From assembly GCA_944345705.1 (NCBI GenBank), contig CALVML010000006.1, forward strand, positions 2,202-66,201: DNA of 64,000 nucleotides, read 5' to 3'. The position numbers and the translations under genes are program-made. The first letter of the stretch is position 1; each line of letters begins with the position of its first letter. Positions 1-10,627 of this stretch are shown here, piece after piece. The notes beneath the pieces are model-generated. The model saw only the letters and a program-made list of their open reading frames with translations. It was not told where the DNA came from and searched no databases. The DNA is from an uncultured Clostridia bacterium (GTDB lineage Bacteria > Bacillota > Clostridia > Christensenellales > UBA1242).

Positions 1-309
1 GGCGGACAAAATAAAGACTGCAAGTTTGATGAAATCTTTAATAAGAAACTGAATTTTGAAGCGATTTTATGCTTTGGTCAAAGTGGAGCGGAAATCTATG
101 AATGTGCAAAAAGTTATGGCTATAGTCCGCTTCTGTTTCCGACTATGAAATCGGCAAGTTATTATGCAAAGAACAATGCCGAAAGTGGACAAAAAATACT
201 GCTTAGTCCTGCCTGCGCAAGTTTTGATGAGTTTGCATCCTATGCGGTGCGCGGTGAAGTTTTTAAGGAGATAATGTTTGGAACATTTGAAAAAATCGAA
301 ATGTCTTAA
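1..309 (+). CDS. murD: MurD (UDP-N-acetylmuramoylalanine--D-glutamate ligase), C-terminal fragment cut by the window edge
   Basis: Frame 1 is open from base 1 to TAA 307-309. The tail ...GQKILLSPACASFDEFASYAVRGEVFKE carries the conserved MurD C-terminal SPACASFD..RG..F signature. A SEDS gene follows, as in dcw clusters. Absent from the ORF track because it has no start in the window. Confidence 0.7.
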   Translation, partial: GGQNKDCKFDEIFNKKLNFEAILCFGQSGAEIYECAKSYGYSPLLFPTMKSASYYAKNNAESGQKILLSPACASFDEFASYAVRGEVFKEIMFGTFEKIEMS

Positions 310-1465
310 AGATACTATTTGGATATATGCTCTTGTTCTAGTGCTTGTCGGCTTTGGCGCACTTATGGTCTATAGTGCAAGTTTTTATAGTGCCGAGTAT
401 CATTATGGCAACCGCTATTTTTTCCTTTACAAACAGATTATGGGTATAGTCCTTGGCATTTTTGCCATGGTATTTTTTACATTTTTCGACTATCATCTCT
501 TTAAAAAATATAAATGGTGGATTGTCCTTGCTTCTTTTATTCTGCTTGTGCTTGTCTTTGTACCAGGGCTTGGCATGGAAAGTTATGGTGCAAAGAGATG
601 GGTGTCAATTTTGGGGATAAGTTTGCAACCTTCAGAGATTGCAAAATTTGCACTGGTTATCTTTACGGCCTCATATATGTCCGCGAGTCACGATAAGGTC
701 AAGACTTTTAAAGGGCTTCTTCCTGTTCTGTGTGTGGGCGGAGCAATGTGCGTGCTTATCATGCTTGAGCCATCGATGAGCGTGACAATGTGCATTGCTT
801 TCGTCACTCTTTTTATGCTAATAATTGGTGGAATGAGCAAAAAACACACTCTTATGTTTTGCATTCCTGCCTCTTGTGCCGTTCCACTCCTAATTGTGCT
901 TGAGCCATATAGACTTAAAAGACTTTTGGCTTTCATCGATCCATGGGCATCTCCTCAGGGAGAAGGATTTCAACTTATTCAATCTCTCTATTCTCTAGGT
1001 GACGGCGGACTTTTCGGTGTCGGACTTTTTAATTCCAGACAAAAATATCTATTTCTTCCATTTGCCGAGTCAGATTTTATCCTTTCGATAATAGGTGAAG
1101 AAATAGGGTTTGTGGGTGTAACAATTCTTATTTTAATCTTTTTTATGCTGGTCTATAGATTGATTAAGATTGCGCTTGGTGCAAAAGATAGGCTTGGGGC
1201 ACTTCTTGCAAGCGGTGTTGCCTTTATCATTGGCGTACAGACAATGTTAAACATAGCAGTTGTTACAGGTTCAATTCCGCCTACTGGACTTCCGCTTCCT
1301 TTCATTTCTAGTGGTGGCACTTCGGTTTCAGTATTTATGGCGGGCGTTGGGATATGTCTTAACATACTTAGACAAAGTCAAGGACAAGATTACAAAGTAA
1401 TAAAGCCTTTTTCAAGCAAGCGATTAAAAAAGAGCTTAAAAAGCTCTGCAAAAAACAAAATTTAA
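278..1465 (+). CDS. ftsW: SEDS-family peptidoglycan glycosyltransferase (FtsW/SpoVE/RodA family)
   Basis: 395-aa polytopic membrane protein with ...GFGALMVYSAS near the N-terminus and PPTGLPLPFISSGGTS near the C-terminus, both typical of SEDS proteins. TTG start overlaps the murD end. Positional equivalent of spoVE after murD in B. subtilis. Confidence 0.85.
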   Translation: MEHLKKSKCLKDTIWIYALVLVLVGFGALMVYSASFYSAEYHYGNRYFFLYKQIMGIVLGIFAMVFFTFFDYHLFKKYKWWIVLASFILLVLVFVPGLGMESYGAKRWVSILGISLQPSEIAKFALVIFTASYMSASHDKVKTFKGLLPVLCVGGAMCVLIMLEPSMSVTMCIAFVTLFMLIIGGMSKKHTLMFCIPASCAVPLLIVLEPYRLKRLLAFIDPWASPQGEGFQLIQSLYSLGDGGLFGVGLFNSRQKYLFLPFAESDFILSIIGEEIGFVGVTILILIFFMLVYRLIKIALGAKDRLGALLASGVAFIIGVQTMLNIAVVTGSIPPTGLPLPFISSGGTSVSVFMAGVGICLNILRQSQGQDYKVIKPFSSKRLKKSLKSSAKNKI

Positions 1466-1590
1466 TCTGTTTGATTGACATTTTTAGAAAAGTATTGAAT
1501 AATAAAAATTACATGATTTTAAAATTTAAATCTCAAAAAGTTTAAATTTATTCGCAAAATAAACCATAAATTTATATAAAAAGGATAAAA

Positions 1591-2178
1591 ATGAAAGAAG
1601 TTGAAATCACTGTCAAAGTCAAAGATAGATTTGAAGATGCGATAAAGATAATAGAAAGTGAAGGATTTGTTAAAATAAGAGAAAGTCATATTAAAGATGT
1701 TTATCTATCGCAACATATAAAAGTGCTTAAAAATATAGAAAATGTGCTTAATAAAAGTGTACTTTTAAGATATCTTAAGACCGATGATAGAGAATATAAA
1801 AAAATCACATATAAGCATAAGGTATATGATAAGGATCAACTTATTGCAGAAGAAAAGATAAATTTAGCTTGTGAAGATTTAGACAAGGCTGAAAAACTTT
1901 TTAAAGCGCTTGGCTTTGAAAACTTAATAACAGTCGAATATGATTGTCCTGTATATGCTAAGGACGGTTTGGAACTCGCTTTTCAAAAGGTGAAAAATCT
2001 TGGGTTGTTGCTTGAAGTAGAAAGCAAATTAGATTTTACAAATGCAAATTATGATGACATTAAACAAGAAAAAGAGCGTCTTTTTAAGCAAATCTCACGA
2101 CTCGGTTTAGATATAGGACTGCAAAGAGATATTAAAAAGGCAAAAGAATTGATTAAAAGAAAATATAATCTTATCTGA
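1591..2178 (+). CDS. CYTH-domain protein (class IV adenylate cyclase / triphosphatase-like)
   Basis: 195 aa; N-terminal KEVEITVKVKD resembles the CYTH ExExK strand; size and alternating beta-strand pattern fit CyaB/CYTH proteins. Recognition is weak. Confidence 0.45.
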   Translation: MKEVEITVKVKDRFEDAIKIIESEGFVKIRESHIKDVYLSQHIKVLKNIENVLNKSVLLRYLKTDDREYKKITYKHKVYDKDQLIAEEKINLACEDLDKAEKLFKALGFENLITVEYDCPVYAKDGLELAFQKVKNLGLLLEVESKLDFTNANYDDIKQEKERLFKQISRLGLDIGLQRDIKKAKELIKRKYNLI

Positions 2179-2227
2179 TTTAAAATTACAACATATCATT
2201 TTTGCAAATTCATTCATATATTAATAT

Positions 2228-3505
2228 ATGGACGAATTTTTTATTGTTGGTGGAAACAAACTTTTTGGCAGTGTAAATATTGATGGCGCCAAAAATTCAC
2301 TCCTTCCTATACTTGCTGGCTGTATCTTAGTTGACGATGAAGTTTTATTAAAATCTGTGCCAAGGTATAGTGATGTACTTGCCATGATTGAGATTTTAAG
2401 ACATCTTGGCGCCAAAGTTGAGTGGCAGGGGCAAGATTTATACATAAATTGCAAAAATATTTCGGCTTGTGATGTACCCCATGAACTTGCTTGCAAAGTG
2501 CGTTCATCTATTTTTACGCTTGGTCCCATTACTGCAAGAACTGGAAAAGCAAAGGTGTCATATCCTGGTGGTTGCGATATAGGATTGCGTCCGATTGATT
2601 TGCATTTAGCCGGACTTAAGCAATTAGGTTGTAAGGTAATAGAAAAAAATGGATACATTTATGTAGATGGGCAGAAATTGCAGGCGCGAGATTATATGCT
2701 TCCCTTTGCAAGTGTCGGTGCGAGCGAAAATATCATGATGCTTGCCTCCTGTGCGAAGGGACAGACGCGCATTTTTAATCCTGCACGCGAGCCTGAGATT
2801 TGCGATCTTGAAAGATTTTTAAATGGGTGTGGAGCAAAAATTTCAGGTGCTGGCTCAAATGTCATTATGGTTGAAGGAGTAAAGAAACTTCACGGCTGTG
2901 AATTTTCTGTCATGCCTGATAGAATTGAGGCTGGCACATTTATGATTGCTTGTGCTATGTGCGAGGGTGAGGTCGAACTTAAAAATGCCATTGCAAAGGA
3001 CAATGAAAGTCTTATTGCAAAACTGCAAAAAACTGCTTGCAAAATCTATAGTGATCGTGATAGAATAGTGGTGAAAAGCAAAGGAAGGCCGATAGCCTTT
3101 GGAGAAATTGAAACTGAAGTCTATCCAGGCTTTCCGACAGATCTTCAAGCGCAGATGTGCGCCCTTGCCTCTATTTGCGATGGTTATAGTTTGATCATTG
3201 AAAATCTGTTTGAGTCACGATTTAAGCATATTGGCGAACTGCTCAAGATGGGTGCAGATATTAAGATGAAAAACGGGGTATGTGTCGTGCATGGCAAAGA
3301 GAAGATCTATGGTGCAGAAGTCACTAGTACCGACCTGCGTGGTGGGGCTGGACTTGTACTATGCGGGCTTGTTGCTGAAGGATACACAACTGTTCGAAAA
3401 GTCGACTTAATAGATAGGGGATATTTTAAACTTGAAGAAAAGTTGCGCGCTCTAGGCGGAGATATTAAAAGGATAAAGTGTGAAAAAAAAGTGGATAATT
3501 GCTAG
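2228..3505 (+). CDS. murA: UDP-N-acetylglucosamine 1-carboxyvinyltransferase MurA
   Basis: 425 aa; catalytic-loop motif KVSYPGGCDIGLRPIDLHL (active-site Cys) and EPSP-synthase-like fold repeats throughout. Confidence 0.95.
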   Translation: MDEFFIVGGNKLFGSVNIDGAKNSLLPILAGCILVDDEVLLKSVPRYSDVLAMIEILRHLGAKVEWQGQDLYINCKNISACDVPHELACKVRSSIFTLGPITARTGKAKVSYPGGCDIGLRPIDLHLAGLKQLGCKVIEKNGYIYVDGQKLQARDYMLPFASVGASENIMMLASCAKGQTRIFNPAREPEICDLERFLNGCGAKISGAGSNVIMVEGVKKLHGCEFSVMPDRIEAGTFMIACAMCEGEVELKNAIAKDNESLIAKLQKTACKIYSDRDRIVVKSKGRPIAFGEIETEVYPGFPTDLQAQMCALASICDGYSLIIENLFESRFKHIGELLKMGADIKMKNGVCVVHGKEKIYGAEVTSTDLRGGAGLVLCGLVAEGYTTVRKVDLIDRGYFKLEEKLRALGGDIKRIKCEKKVDNC

Positions 3506-4343
3506 CGGTATAGTGGTTTTTATAGTAGGGCTTTTAGTACTACTTGCCTTTACCTTATTTTCACTTAGGTCTATTAAAGTGGACTATAGGACAAGCACTT
3601 TGAATTTGACCGCCACCGAGCAAGAGATAATTGACAGTGCCGATTTTAAAATGAATACATCGGTTTTATTTCATGGCAAAAAGGGGTATATAAACAAAAT
3701 AGAGAGTGCTTTTCCTTATATTAAGGTAGTAAATATCGAAACAGTCTTTCCTTCTCGTTTTGTAATCCATGTTGCCGAGCGTGAAGAAATTTACGCGCTT
3801 GAAGGTGAGAGCGGTTATCTAATCTGTGATGACGAATTTAAGATTTTAAAGATTGAAAACTCATTTCAAAATGATGCCATCTTGCTAAATGGGGTGTCTT
3901 TTAAAGGGGTTGAGAAGGAAGGAGAATTTTTAGAGGTTGAAAACTTTCCTTTAGTATATTCATATCTATATGAAAATGGTATTCGCGCGCAGGATGCTGT
4001 AGCACTTATAGATAAAATCACTTATGGCACGAAATTTGACAGTGTACTCGGTGAAGAATTGCCATATTTTAGTCTGTCGATGGCAAACGGACAAACCTAC
4101 ACTATATTAAATTGTGAGTATGGCATTCAGAGTAAGACGCGTCTTTTTGTAGCGGTTTATGGTCAAATTTTTGACTACATTGGACAAATTATCACTCTCT
4201 ACGATGAAAACAATGAGGCATATCAAGTTACGCTAACCTATGATAATCTTAAAAATGCTGAAATTTTAATCAATAACTATTATGACTATAAGGCTCATGA
4301 TGAAAATGACTGTTATTTTTATATAATTCCTAGTGAAATATGA
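3480..4343 (+). CDS. FtsQ/DivIB-type cell division protein
   Basis: Single N-terminal TM helix (IASGIVVFIVGLLVLLAFTLF) followed by a POTRA-like region (IKVVNIETVFPSRFVIHVAERE). Sits directly upstream of ftsA-ftsZ. GTG start overlaps the murA end. Confidence 0.6.
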   Translation: MKKKWIIASGIVVFIVGLLVLLAFTLFSLRSIKVDYRTSTLNLTATEQEIIDSADFKMNTSVLFHGKKGYINKIESAFPYIKVVNIETVFPSRFVIHVAEREEIYALEGESGYLICDDEFKILKIENSFQNDAILLNGVSFKGVEKEGEFLEVENFPLVYSYLYENGIRAQDAVALIDKITYGTKFDSVLGEELPYFSLSMANGQTYTILNCEYGIQSKTRLFVAVYGQIFDYIGQIITLYDENNEAYQVTLTYDNLKNAEILINNYYDYKAHDENDCYFYIIPSEI

Positions 4344-4394
4344 TAAGTAGTTGACAAAACTTTATTTATGAGTTAAAATTTTATAGGATAATAT

Positions 4395-5513
4395 ATGAAA
4401 AATAGTGAATATGTTTTTGCAGTTGATATTGGCTCGTCAAAAATTCGCACAATGGTGGCGGGTAAAGGGCTTAATAACACCTTCAATATCAAGGGCTTCA
4501 AAGAAATTGAATATGATGGGTTTTATGAAGGGCGATTTTTAAATCAAGATAAGATTTCCCTTATTTTCGAGCAGATTATCGATGAGTTTGATATAAGAGT
4601 AGGCAGGGACATAGATAAGGTCTACATAAGTGTTCCTAGTGAGTTTTCATCAGTACATAAAACTGAAGTATCCATCAATTTTGGTGACAGACGAAAGGTT
4701 AAAAAACAGGATATCGACTCTCTTTATTATATGGCGAGTGAAAAAGGCAAGCGTGCTGACAGTGAGATAGTCAGCGTAAATGCAAACAGCTTTATCCTAG
4801 ACGATGGTCGCACAACCCTTGATCCGATAGGTGAAAGTGCGGTATCTATAATTGCTAAATTATCAATCATATATGGCGACAAGAAGTTTATCGATCTTTT
4901 TAATGGCATAGTTGCTTCTCTTGGCTTTGAAGCAATAGAGTATATCTCATCGCCTTTATCGCAGTGCCTATTTTTGCTTCCTAGCGAAAAAAGAGAAGAT
5001 CTTGCACTCCTTATTGATATTGGCGACCTTACATCATCTATCGCTTTTGTACAAGGCGATGGACTCTACGCGCTTTCAAGTTTTTCGCGCGGTGGCGGTT
5101 TTATTACAAATGACCTAAGTCAAGCCTTTGACCTATCTATGAGCGAAGCGGATAGACTTAAAAGACAAGTTGTGCTTTCGTTAAAAGGCAAGCCGACCGA
5201 TACCTATGAGCTTTTACTTGATAATGGTCAAACTATCAAGATCAGCCAAAATGCTTGCAACGAAGTTGTAGGCTATAGAATTGACGAGATGGCAGAGGTT
5301 ATCAGCAAGTGTATTAAGCTTAATACTAGGCAGTTTTCATCATATCTTCCTGTGATTTTGACAGGCTCAGGACTTTGTTTGCTTAAAGGCGGGCGAGATT
5401 ATCTTGCTAAGTGCCTTGGCAGAAATATTGAATATGGCAAGCCTGATTTGCCTGGCAAAGAAAAGCCAGAACTTGCAAGTATACTATCGCTTGTAAATAG
5501 CGCACTTGATTAG
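4395..5513 (+). CDS. ftsA: Cell division protein FtsA (actin-like ATPase)
   Basis: Actin-fold phosphate motifs VFAVDIGSSKIR and LLIDIGDLTSSIAFV; immediately upstream of ftsZ. Confidence 0.8.
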   Translation: MKNSEYVFAVDIGSSKIRTMVAGKGLNNTFNIKGFKEIEYDGFYEGRFLNQDKISLIFEQIIDEFDIRVGRDIDKVYISVPSEFSSVHKTEVSINFGDRRKVKKQDIDSLYYMASEKGKRADSEIVSVNANSFILDDGRTTLDPIGESAVSIIAKLSIIYGDKKFIDLFNGIVASLGFEAIEYISSPLSQCLFLLPSEKREDLALLIDIGDLTSSIAFVQGDGLYALSSFSRGGGFITNDLSQAFDLSMSEADRLKRQVVLSLKGKPTDTYELLLDNGQTIKISQNACNEVVGYRIDEMAEVISKCIKLNTRQFSSYLPVILTGSGLCLLKGGRDYLAKCLGRNIEYGKPDLPGKEKPELASILSLVNSALD

Positions 5514-5734
5514 TAAAGTGGCTACAAAAATCAATAAAAAGAAAAATTCGACAAAATTTTCACTCAATATATTGATTTTTTGTCTTATAGATGTTATACT
5601 ACAAATGCATAAATATTCATTTTTATTGCTTGAAATGTGAATTTATACATTTTTTCAAAAATTTTTATAAATTTGATTGCAAATTTATTCAAAACATATT
5701 ACAATATGTATGAAAAATATTCAAGGAGAACATT

Positions 5735-6931
5735 ATGGACGATTTTAAAAGAACTTCTATTGCAAAAATTAAGGTTATCGGTGTTGGCGGTGGCGGAAAC
5801 AACGCTGTCAATAGAATGATAGAAGCAGGCGTAAGCTCAGCTGAATTTGTTGCAGTAAACACTGATCAACAGACTTTGCTTGTAAGCAAGGCTGAAACAA
5901 GATTGCAGATTGGCGAGCGTTTGACTGGTGGTCTTGGCGCTGGTGCTAGACCAGAAGTTGGTCAAAAGGCTGCAGAAGAGAGTAAATCATCGATCACTGA
6001 AGTGCTAAAAGGTACAAACCTTGTATTTATCACTGCCGGCATGGGCGGTGGTACAGGTACAGGCGCCGCTCCAGTAATCGCACAGATTGCAAAGGAACTT
6101 GGAATTCTTACAATAGCAGTCATTACAAAGCCTTTCAATTTTGAAGGACAGCAGAGAGCAAAAAATGCTGAAGAAGGCGTTGAAAGACTTCGCAAATATG
6201 TAGATGCACTTGTTGTAATTCCAAATGAAAAATTGCTTGAAATCGTTCCTAAGAAAACTCCACTCAAAGAGTCATTTAGATTTGCTGATGATGTTTTAAG
6301 ACAGGGCGTTCAAGGGATTAGCGATCTTATTGTATATCCTGGACTTATCAATCTTGACTTTGCCGATGTTACAACTATTATGAAAGATAAGGGACTCGCT
6401 CACATGGGTATTGGTTATGGCAAGGGTGATAATAAAGCACTTGATGCGGTAAAACAGGCGGTTGCAAGTCCACTACTTGAAACTACAATCGAAGGCGCAA
6501 CAGGACTTTTGATCAATATCAAAGGTGGTAACGACCTTACTCAAGACGATTTAAGTGAAGCCGCTGCACTTGTAAGAGAAGTAGTTGACGACAGCTGTAA
6601 CATAATTCTCGGTACAAGCATTGATGAGAATATGCATGACGAAGTTGAAATCACTTTGATTGCTACAGGCTTCCAAAATGGTGAAGAAAAGAAGGATGAC
6701 GCGCGAAACAGCGAAATGGAAAACGCAAGATCTATAGGTAATATGGGACAAAGCCAGCCTTTCTCTGCAAGAAGCATGTTCTCAAATTATATGCAGAAGG
6801 AAAAGGAAGAGGAAAGTGCAAGACCTAATGTTCAGGTTAAAGAGTCTGACAACTTCTCATCTTCTAGAGTTGAAGTTAAATCATCTGATGTTCCACCATG
6901 GATTGAAAAGTTAAGAAGAAATAAGAAATAA
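5735..6931 (+). CDS. ftsZ: Cell division GTPase FtsZ
   Basis: [13 protein letters not shown] and the tubulin signature [15 protein letters not shown]; good RBS AAGGAGA. Confidence 0.98.
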   Translation: MDDFKRTSIAKIKVIGVGGGGNNAVNRMIEAGVSSAEFVAVNTDQQTLLVSKAETRLQIGERLTGGLGAGARPEVGQKAAEESKSSITEVLKGTNLVFITAGMGGGTGTGAAPVIAQIAKELGILTIAVITKPFNFEGQQRAKNAEEGVERLRKYVDALVVIPNEKLLEIVPKKTPLKESFRFADDVLRQGVQGISDLIVYPGLINLDFADVTTIMKDKGLAHMGIGYGKGDNKALDAVKQAVASPLLETTIEGATGLLINIKGGNDLTQDDLSEAAALVREVVDDSCNIILGTSIDENMHDEVEITLIATGFQNGEEKKDDARNSEMENARSIGNMGQSQPFSARSMFSNYMQKEKEEESARPNVQVKESDNFSSSRVEVKSSDVPPWIEKLRRNKK

Positions 6932-6937
6932 GTAAAG

Positions 6938-6977
6938 ATATCAGGAAAATCTCTAAACTAGATTTCCTGATTTTTTT
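6938..6977 (+). terminator. Rho-independent terminator after ftsZ
   Basis: Hairpin ATCAGGAAA(A)TC...GATTTCCTGAT followed by a T7 run. Confidence 0.7.
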
Positions 6978-7065
6978 GTATTCATTTATAAAAAATATCT
7001 AAAAATCAAAATGTACATTGAAAAATCAAAGAGAATGTGCTAAACTATTGATAAGGAGAAATAAT

Positions 7066-7323
7066 ATGGGAATTTTGAAAACTACTTGTGATGTTGCATA
7101 TAAGATCTGCGATGGAATTTTCAGCGGACTTGGACTCGATAAGCCTATCAGTTTTTTAACTGACCTTTTTAAAACTTCTTTAACTTTTAAGGGTGGCATG
7201 TTTGATAAAAATAGAGGGAAAGGTGATGCTCTTGCAAGACAGTTGCATCGCGAAAGAATGGAAGCGGCAGCGGAAAGACAGGCTGCACTTGATGCAATGA
7301 GGCGCGATTTACAAGAACTTTAA
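7066..7323 (+). CDS. Hypothetical small protein (85 aa)
   Basis: ATG 7066 is preceded by AAGGAGA, whereas the track start at 7018 has no RBS. C-terminal Arg/Ala-rich helix (RQLHRERMEAAAERQAALDAMRRDL). No family recognised. Confidence 0.5.
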   Translation: MGILKTTCDVAYKICDGIFSGLGLDKPISFLTDLFKTSLTFKGGMFDKNRGKGDALARQLHRERMEAAAERQAALDAMRRDLQEL

Positions 7324-7641
7324 TAATAGTATCACAACTTATCATTCTTGAAAATTATAAAAACTTAATACATTTAGATTGTCTTTAAGTTGCTTTTTAG
7401 GCTATAAAGAATTATCGCTTAAAAAGAAATTAAACGACAATCTTTTTTTATCTTCAATTTTATAAATTTAAAAAGAAATTTAAAAAACTTATTCCCTATA
7501 AAAAGTAAATTTTGTGCAATTTTCGTCATGATTGTATAAAGCCAAAATTTTAAGGATATGTTACAATTTCTATGCAAGCGGAAGAGCGTTTCTAGGAAAA
7601 TATTTAGGTCTTTAGATTAAAATTTTTCAAAAGGAGCTGGC

Positions 7642-8439
7642 ATGGAAATCAATATAGAAATTTCATTTATAGTAAATTTTGCGCTTAATTTTTTTATATT
7701 GAAACTAGCGTCACTTTTCTTGCGAAAACAGCTTAAATTTGGCTTTATCTCGGCGTTTATCTCATCTATTATTGCACTTCTCTCGCCCTTAATAACGGCT
7801 GTTTATTTAAAAATCATCATAGCCCTTTTAACCTGTCTTTTCATGCTCTTTCTATCTTTTGAAAACAAGACTTTTAAGGAGTATTTAGTCTGTTTTCTTG
7901 TGATTGTCCTTGCAACATTTTTGTTCGGGGGCGGGTGTCTTGCGGTAGAGAGTTTTACAGGACAATTTCCGCTTTTTGTAGTTGCTATCATTGGTCTTAC
8001 TATCTATATAATTGCAAGTTCAATATGTCGATATCAAAAGCGAAAGAATATAATCGCAAACTTTACTCATTCGGTGGTCTTCAAAGATGGCGGACTTGAG
8101 TTAAAAGAAAAAGCCTTTTTAGATAGTGGCAATATGCTCTACGATAGTGTGACTAAAAAGCCGATAATACTTGTGACCTATGATGTGTTTTCACAGTTTT
8201 ATAAGGATATATCTTTCATAAAAGCATGGACTAAGCAGACTGAGGGTTTTGATATCAAGAATGGTCACTATATAAACATCAATGGTGTTGGCAAGGGTAG
8301 TCGCATGCTTGTTTTTATGATCGATGAAGTGATAGTAGATAAAGATAAGAAATTCAAAAATGTTATGCTGGGACTTTCTTTTGCAGGCTTTGATAAAAGT
8401 TTTGGCGCGAAGGTGCTTTTGCACAGTGAACTTGTTTAA
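7642..8439 (+). CDS. spoIIGA: Sigma-E processing peptidase SpoIIGA
   Basis: N-terminal multi-TM region plus a C-terminal aspartic-protease-like FLDSGNMLYD motif; immediately upstream of sigE as in all sporeformers. Confidence 0.85.
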   Translation: MEINIEISFIVNFALNFFILKLASLFLRKQLKFGFISAFISSIIALLSPLITAVYLKIIIALLTCLFMLFLSFENKTFKEYLVCFLVIVLATFLFGGGCLAVESFTGQFPLFVVAIIGLTIYIIASSICRYQKRKNIIANFTHSVVFKDGGLELKEKAFLDSGNMLYDSVTKKPIILVTYDVFSQFYKDISFIKAWTKQTEGFDIKNGHYININGVGKGSRMLVFMIDEVIVDKDKKFKNVMLGLSFAGFDKSFGAKVLLHSELV

Positions 8440-8450
8440 GGAGAGAATTT

Positions 8451-9182
8451 ATGAATAAATTGATTTTTAAGTTGCGACTATTTTTATTTAACCTTTTTCA
8501 CAGAAAAAATTTGCTTGATGTAAAGAATATTGTATGCTATGTCTGTGGCAATGAAGAATTTTTGCCACCACTTGACAGCGATGAAGAAAATAGGCTCTTG
8601 ATATTAAAGGATAATGGCGATTTAAGTGCAACCGAAAAACTTATAGAGCATAATTTGCGTCTTGTTGCATATATTGCAAAGAAGTTTGAAAACAGTGGTA
8701 TAGAGTCAGAAGATTTGATTTCAACTGGCGCAATAGGACTTATAAAAGCAGTCAAGACCTTCAAAGTGGACAAGAATATTAGGCTTGCCACTTATGCTTC
8801 ACGCTGTATTGAAAATGAAATCTTGATGCAGATAAGAAAGACGGTAAAGATTAAAAATGATGTAAGTCTTGACAAACCGCTTTGTGATGATGGAGAGGGC
8901 AACCAACTTGTTCTATCAGATATCATACCAGCAGAAGAAGATGTTGAAACACAAGCGGTAGATAACCCTGCTGAAAAACAACTAATTGGACAACTTATAA
9001 ATAAACTGAATGCTAGAGAGCGAGAGATCATGGTACTTAGATATGGGCTTCTTGGTCATGAAGAATTGACACAGCGAGAGGTGGCAGTAAAACTTGGAAT
9101 AAGTCAAAGCTATATATCTCGTCTTGAAAAGAGAATCTTGCATGATATGAGAATAGAATTGCAAAAGCAATTGACGGTTTAA
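8451..9182 (+). CDS. sigE: Sporulation sigma factor SigE (pro-sigma-E)
   Basis: Pro-sequence followed by LPPLDSDEE..., region 2 NLRLVAYIAKKFENSGIESEDLISTGAIGLIKAV, ATYASRCIENEILM, and region 4.2 TQREVAVKLGISQSYISRLEKRIL. Confidence 0.93.
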   Translation: MNKLIFKLRLFLFNLFHRKNLLDVKNIVCYVCGNEEFLPPLDSDEENRLLILKDNGDLSATEKLIEHNLRLVAYIAKKFENSGIESEDLISTGAIGLIKAVKTFKVDKNIRLATYASRCIENEILMQIRKTVKIKNDVSLDKPLCDDGEGNQLVLSDIIPAEEDVETQAVDNPAEKQLIGQLINKLNAREREIMVLRYGLLGHEELTQREVAVKLGISQSYISRLEKRILHDMRIELQKQLTV

Positions 9183-9435
9183 GTTATTAATTTAAAGAAG
9201 ATTTATTAAAATAAATTTTAAAAAACATTCAATCTAATGCACTTAAAAAATACAAAATAAATATCAAATATAAGAAAATTAATAAAATTTAAGCAAAAAA
9301 CATCAAATTTTCAATAAAAAACATAAAATTCTGCAAAATTGTTTTAAAAACCCGCGAGTTTTATATTTTTTTGTCGAACTTGTATAGAAAGGATCTGCTT
9401 TGCGAAAGATATACCATAAAGGTAGGTCTAAGGCA

Positions 9436-10209
9436 ATGTCTTCCAAAGTTTGTATTTGTGGTGTTGATACTTCAATGCTTCCCAAGCTTAAAAACAGCGA
9501 TATGGTTGAGCTTATGGAAAGAATAAAGAAGGGGGATCGCAAGGCAAGAGATTATTTTGTAGTTGCAAACCTAAGGCTTGTACTTTCTGTCGTGCATCGT
9601 TTTGGTGGGCGTGGAGATAAGGCTGACGATATGTTTCAAGTAGGGTGTGTTGGACTTATGAAGGCAATCGACAACTTTGACGAGAAATTAAATGTCAAGT
9701 TCTCAACTTATGCGGTGCCAATGATTATTGGCGAGATACGCAGATACCTTCGCGACAACAATTCGGTACGAGTTTCAAGATCCCTTCGAGATGTTGCCTA
9801 CAAAGCCCTTCAAGCAAAGGAAGAACTTGCAAAGACAATGACGAGCGAACCGAGCATTGATGATATAGCGAGATTTACTCAGTTGCCAGCAAAGACCATC
9901 ACATTCGCACTTGATGCAATAAGCGATACCGTTTCATTAAGCGAACCTGTCTATAATGACGGCACTGATACCATACAACTGCTTGACCAGATAGCCGACA
10001 CAAAACACACTGATGAGAGTATGCATGAAAATATCTCGATAAAGGATGCAATAAAGTCATTATCATCGCGAGAGCGAGAAATACTTTTAATGCGCTATTA
10101 TGTCGGCAAAACTCAAACTGAGGTCAGTCAAGAGATAGGCATAAGTCAAGCACAAGTGTCAAGGCTTGAAAAAAATGCCCTAAAAGTAGTTAAAGATTTT
10201 TTGGTATAA
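9436..10209 (+). CDS. sigG: Forespore sigma factor SigG
   Basis: MSSKVCICGVDTSMLPKLKNSDMVELMERIKKGD... matches the SigG N-terminus. Regions 2 and 4.2 are present (TQTEVSQEIGISQAQVSRLEKNAL). ATG 9436 is chosen over the TTG at 9400. Gene order spoIIGA-sigE-sigG. Confidence 0.9.
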   Translation: MSSKVCICGVDTSMLPKLKNSDMVELMERIKKGDRKARDYFVVANLRLVLSVVHRFGGRGDKADDMFQVGCVGLMKAIDNFDEKLNVKFSTYAVPMIIGEIRRYLRDNNSVRVSRSLRDVAYKALQAKEELAKTMTSEPSIDDIARFTQLPAKTITFALDAISDTVSLSEPVYNDGTDTIQLLDQIADTKHTDESMHENISIKDAIKSLSSREREILLMRYYVGKTQTEVSQEIGISQAQVSRLEKNALKVVKDFLV

Positions 10210-10247
10210 TTTGTCATTTTTTGTAAAAATCTAGCATAGTTTAAAAT

Positions 10248-10538
10248 GTGGAAGCTACATTTTTAGAATTAAGATGCAAAGAAGTTGTAAATATTCTTGA
10301 TGGCAGAAGACTTGGCCATATTATAGATATGGTGTTCGAACTTGGCAGTGCAAGAGTACTAGGTTTTATCGTGCCCGGTGAAAAAACAGGTTGGAATATT
10401 TTTAAAAGTACAGACCAACTCTTTATTCCCTATGGCTGTGTAGTAAAGATTGGTGAAGATGCAATCCTTGTCGAACTTTCATCGCAAGGCGTGCCAACAA
10501 ATCCTTATATACTTTCTCAGAATAATAAAAAAACATGA
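10248..10538 (+). CDS. YlmC/YmxH-family sporulation protein (PRC-barrel)
   Basis: ELRCKEVVNILDGRRLGHIIDMVFE...VLGFIVPGEK matches the YlmC/YmxH pattern. GTG start. Confidence 0.7.
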   Translation: MEATFLELRCKEVVNILDGRRLGHIIDMVFELGSARVLGFIVPGEKTGWNIFKSTDQLFIPYGCVVKIGEDAILVELSSQGVPTNPYILSQNNKKT

Positions 10539-10569
10539 TTTCAAATCATAAAAAATAGCTCAAAAAACA

Positions 10570-10617
10570 AAAAAATCACGAAAATTTCGCTTTTTTAGCC
10601 TTTTTTTCGTGATTTTT
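10570..10617. terminator. Bidirectional hairpin terminator between ylmC and nrdR
   Basis: AAAAATCACGAAAA...TTTTCGTGATTTTT, with A/T runs on both sides, between convergent genes. Confidence 0.6.
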
Positions 10618-10627
10618 CATTAATTTT

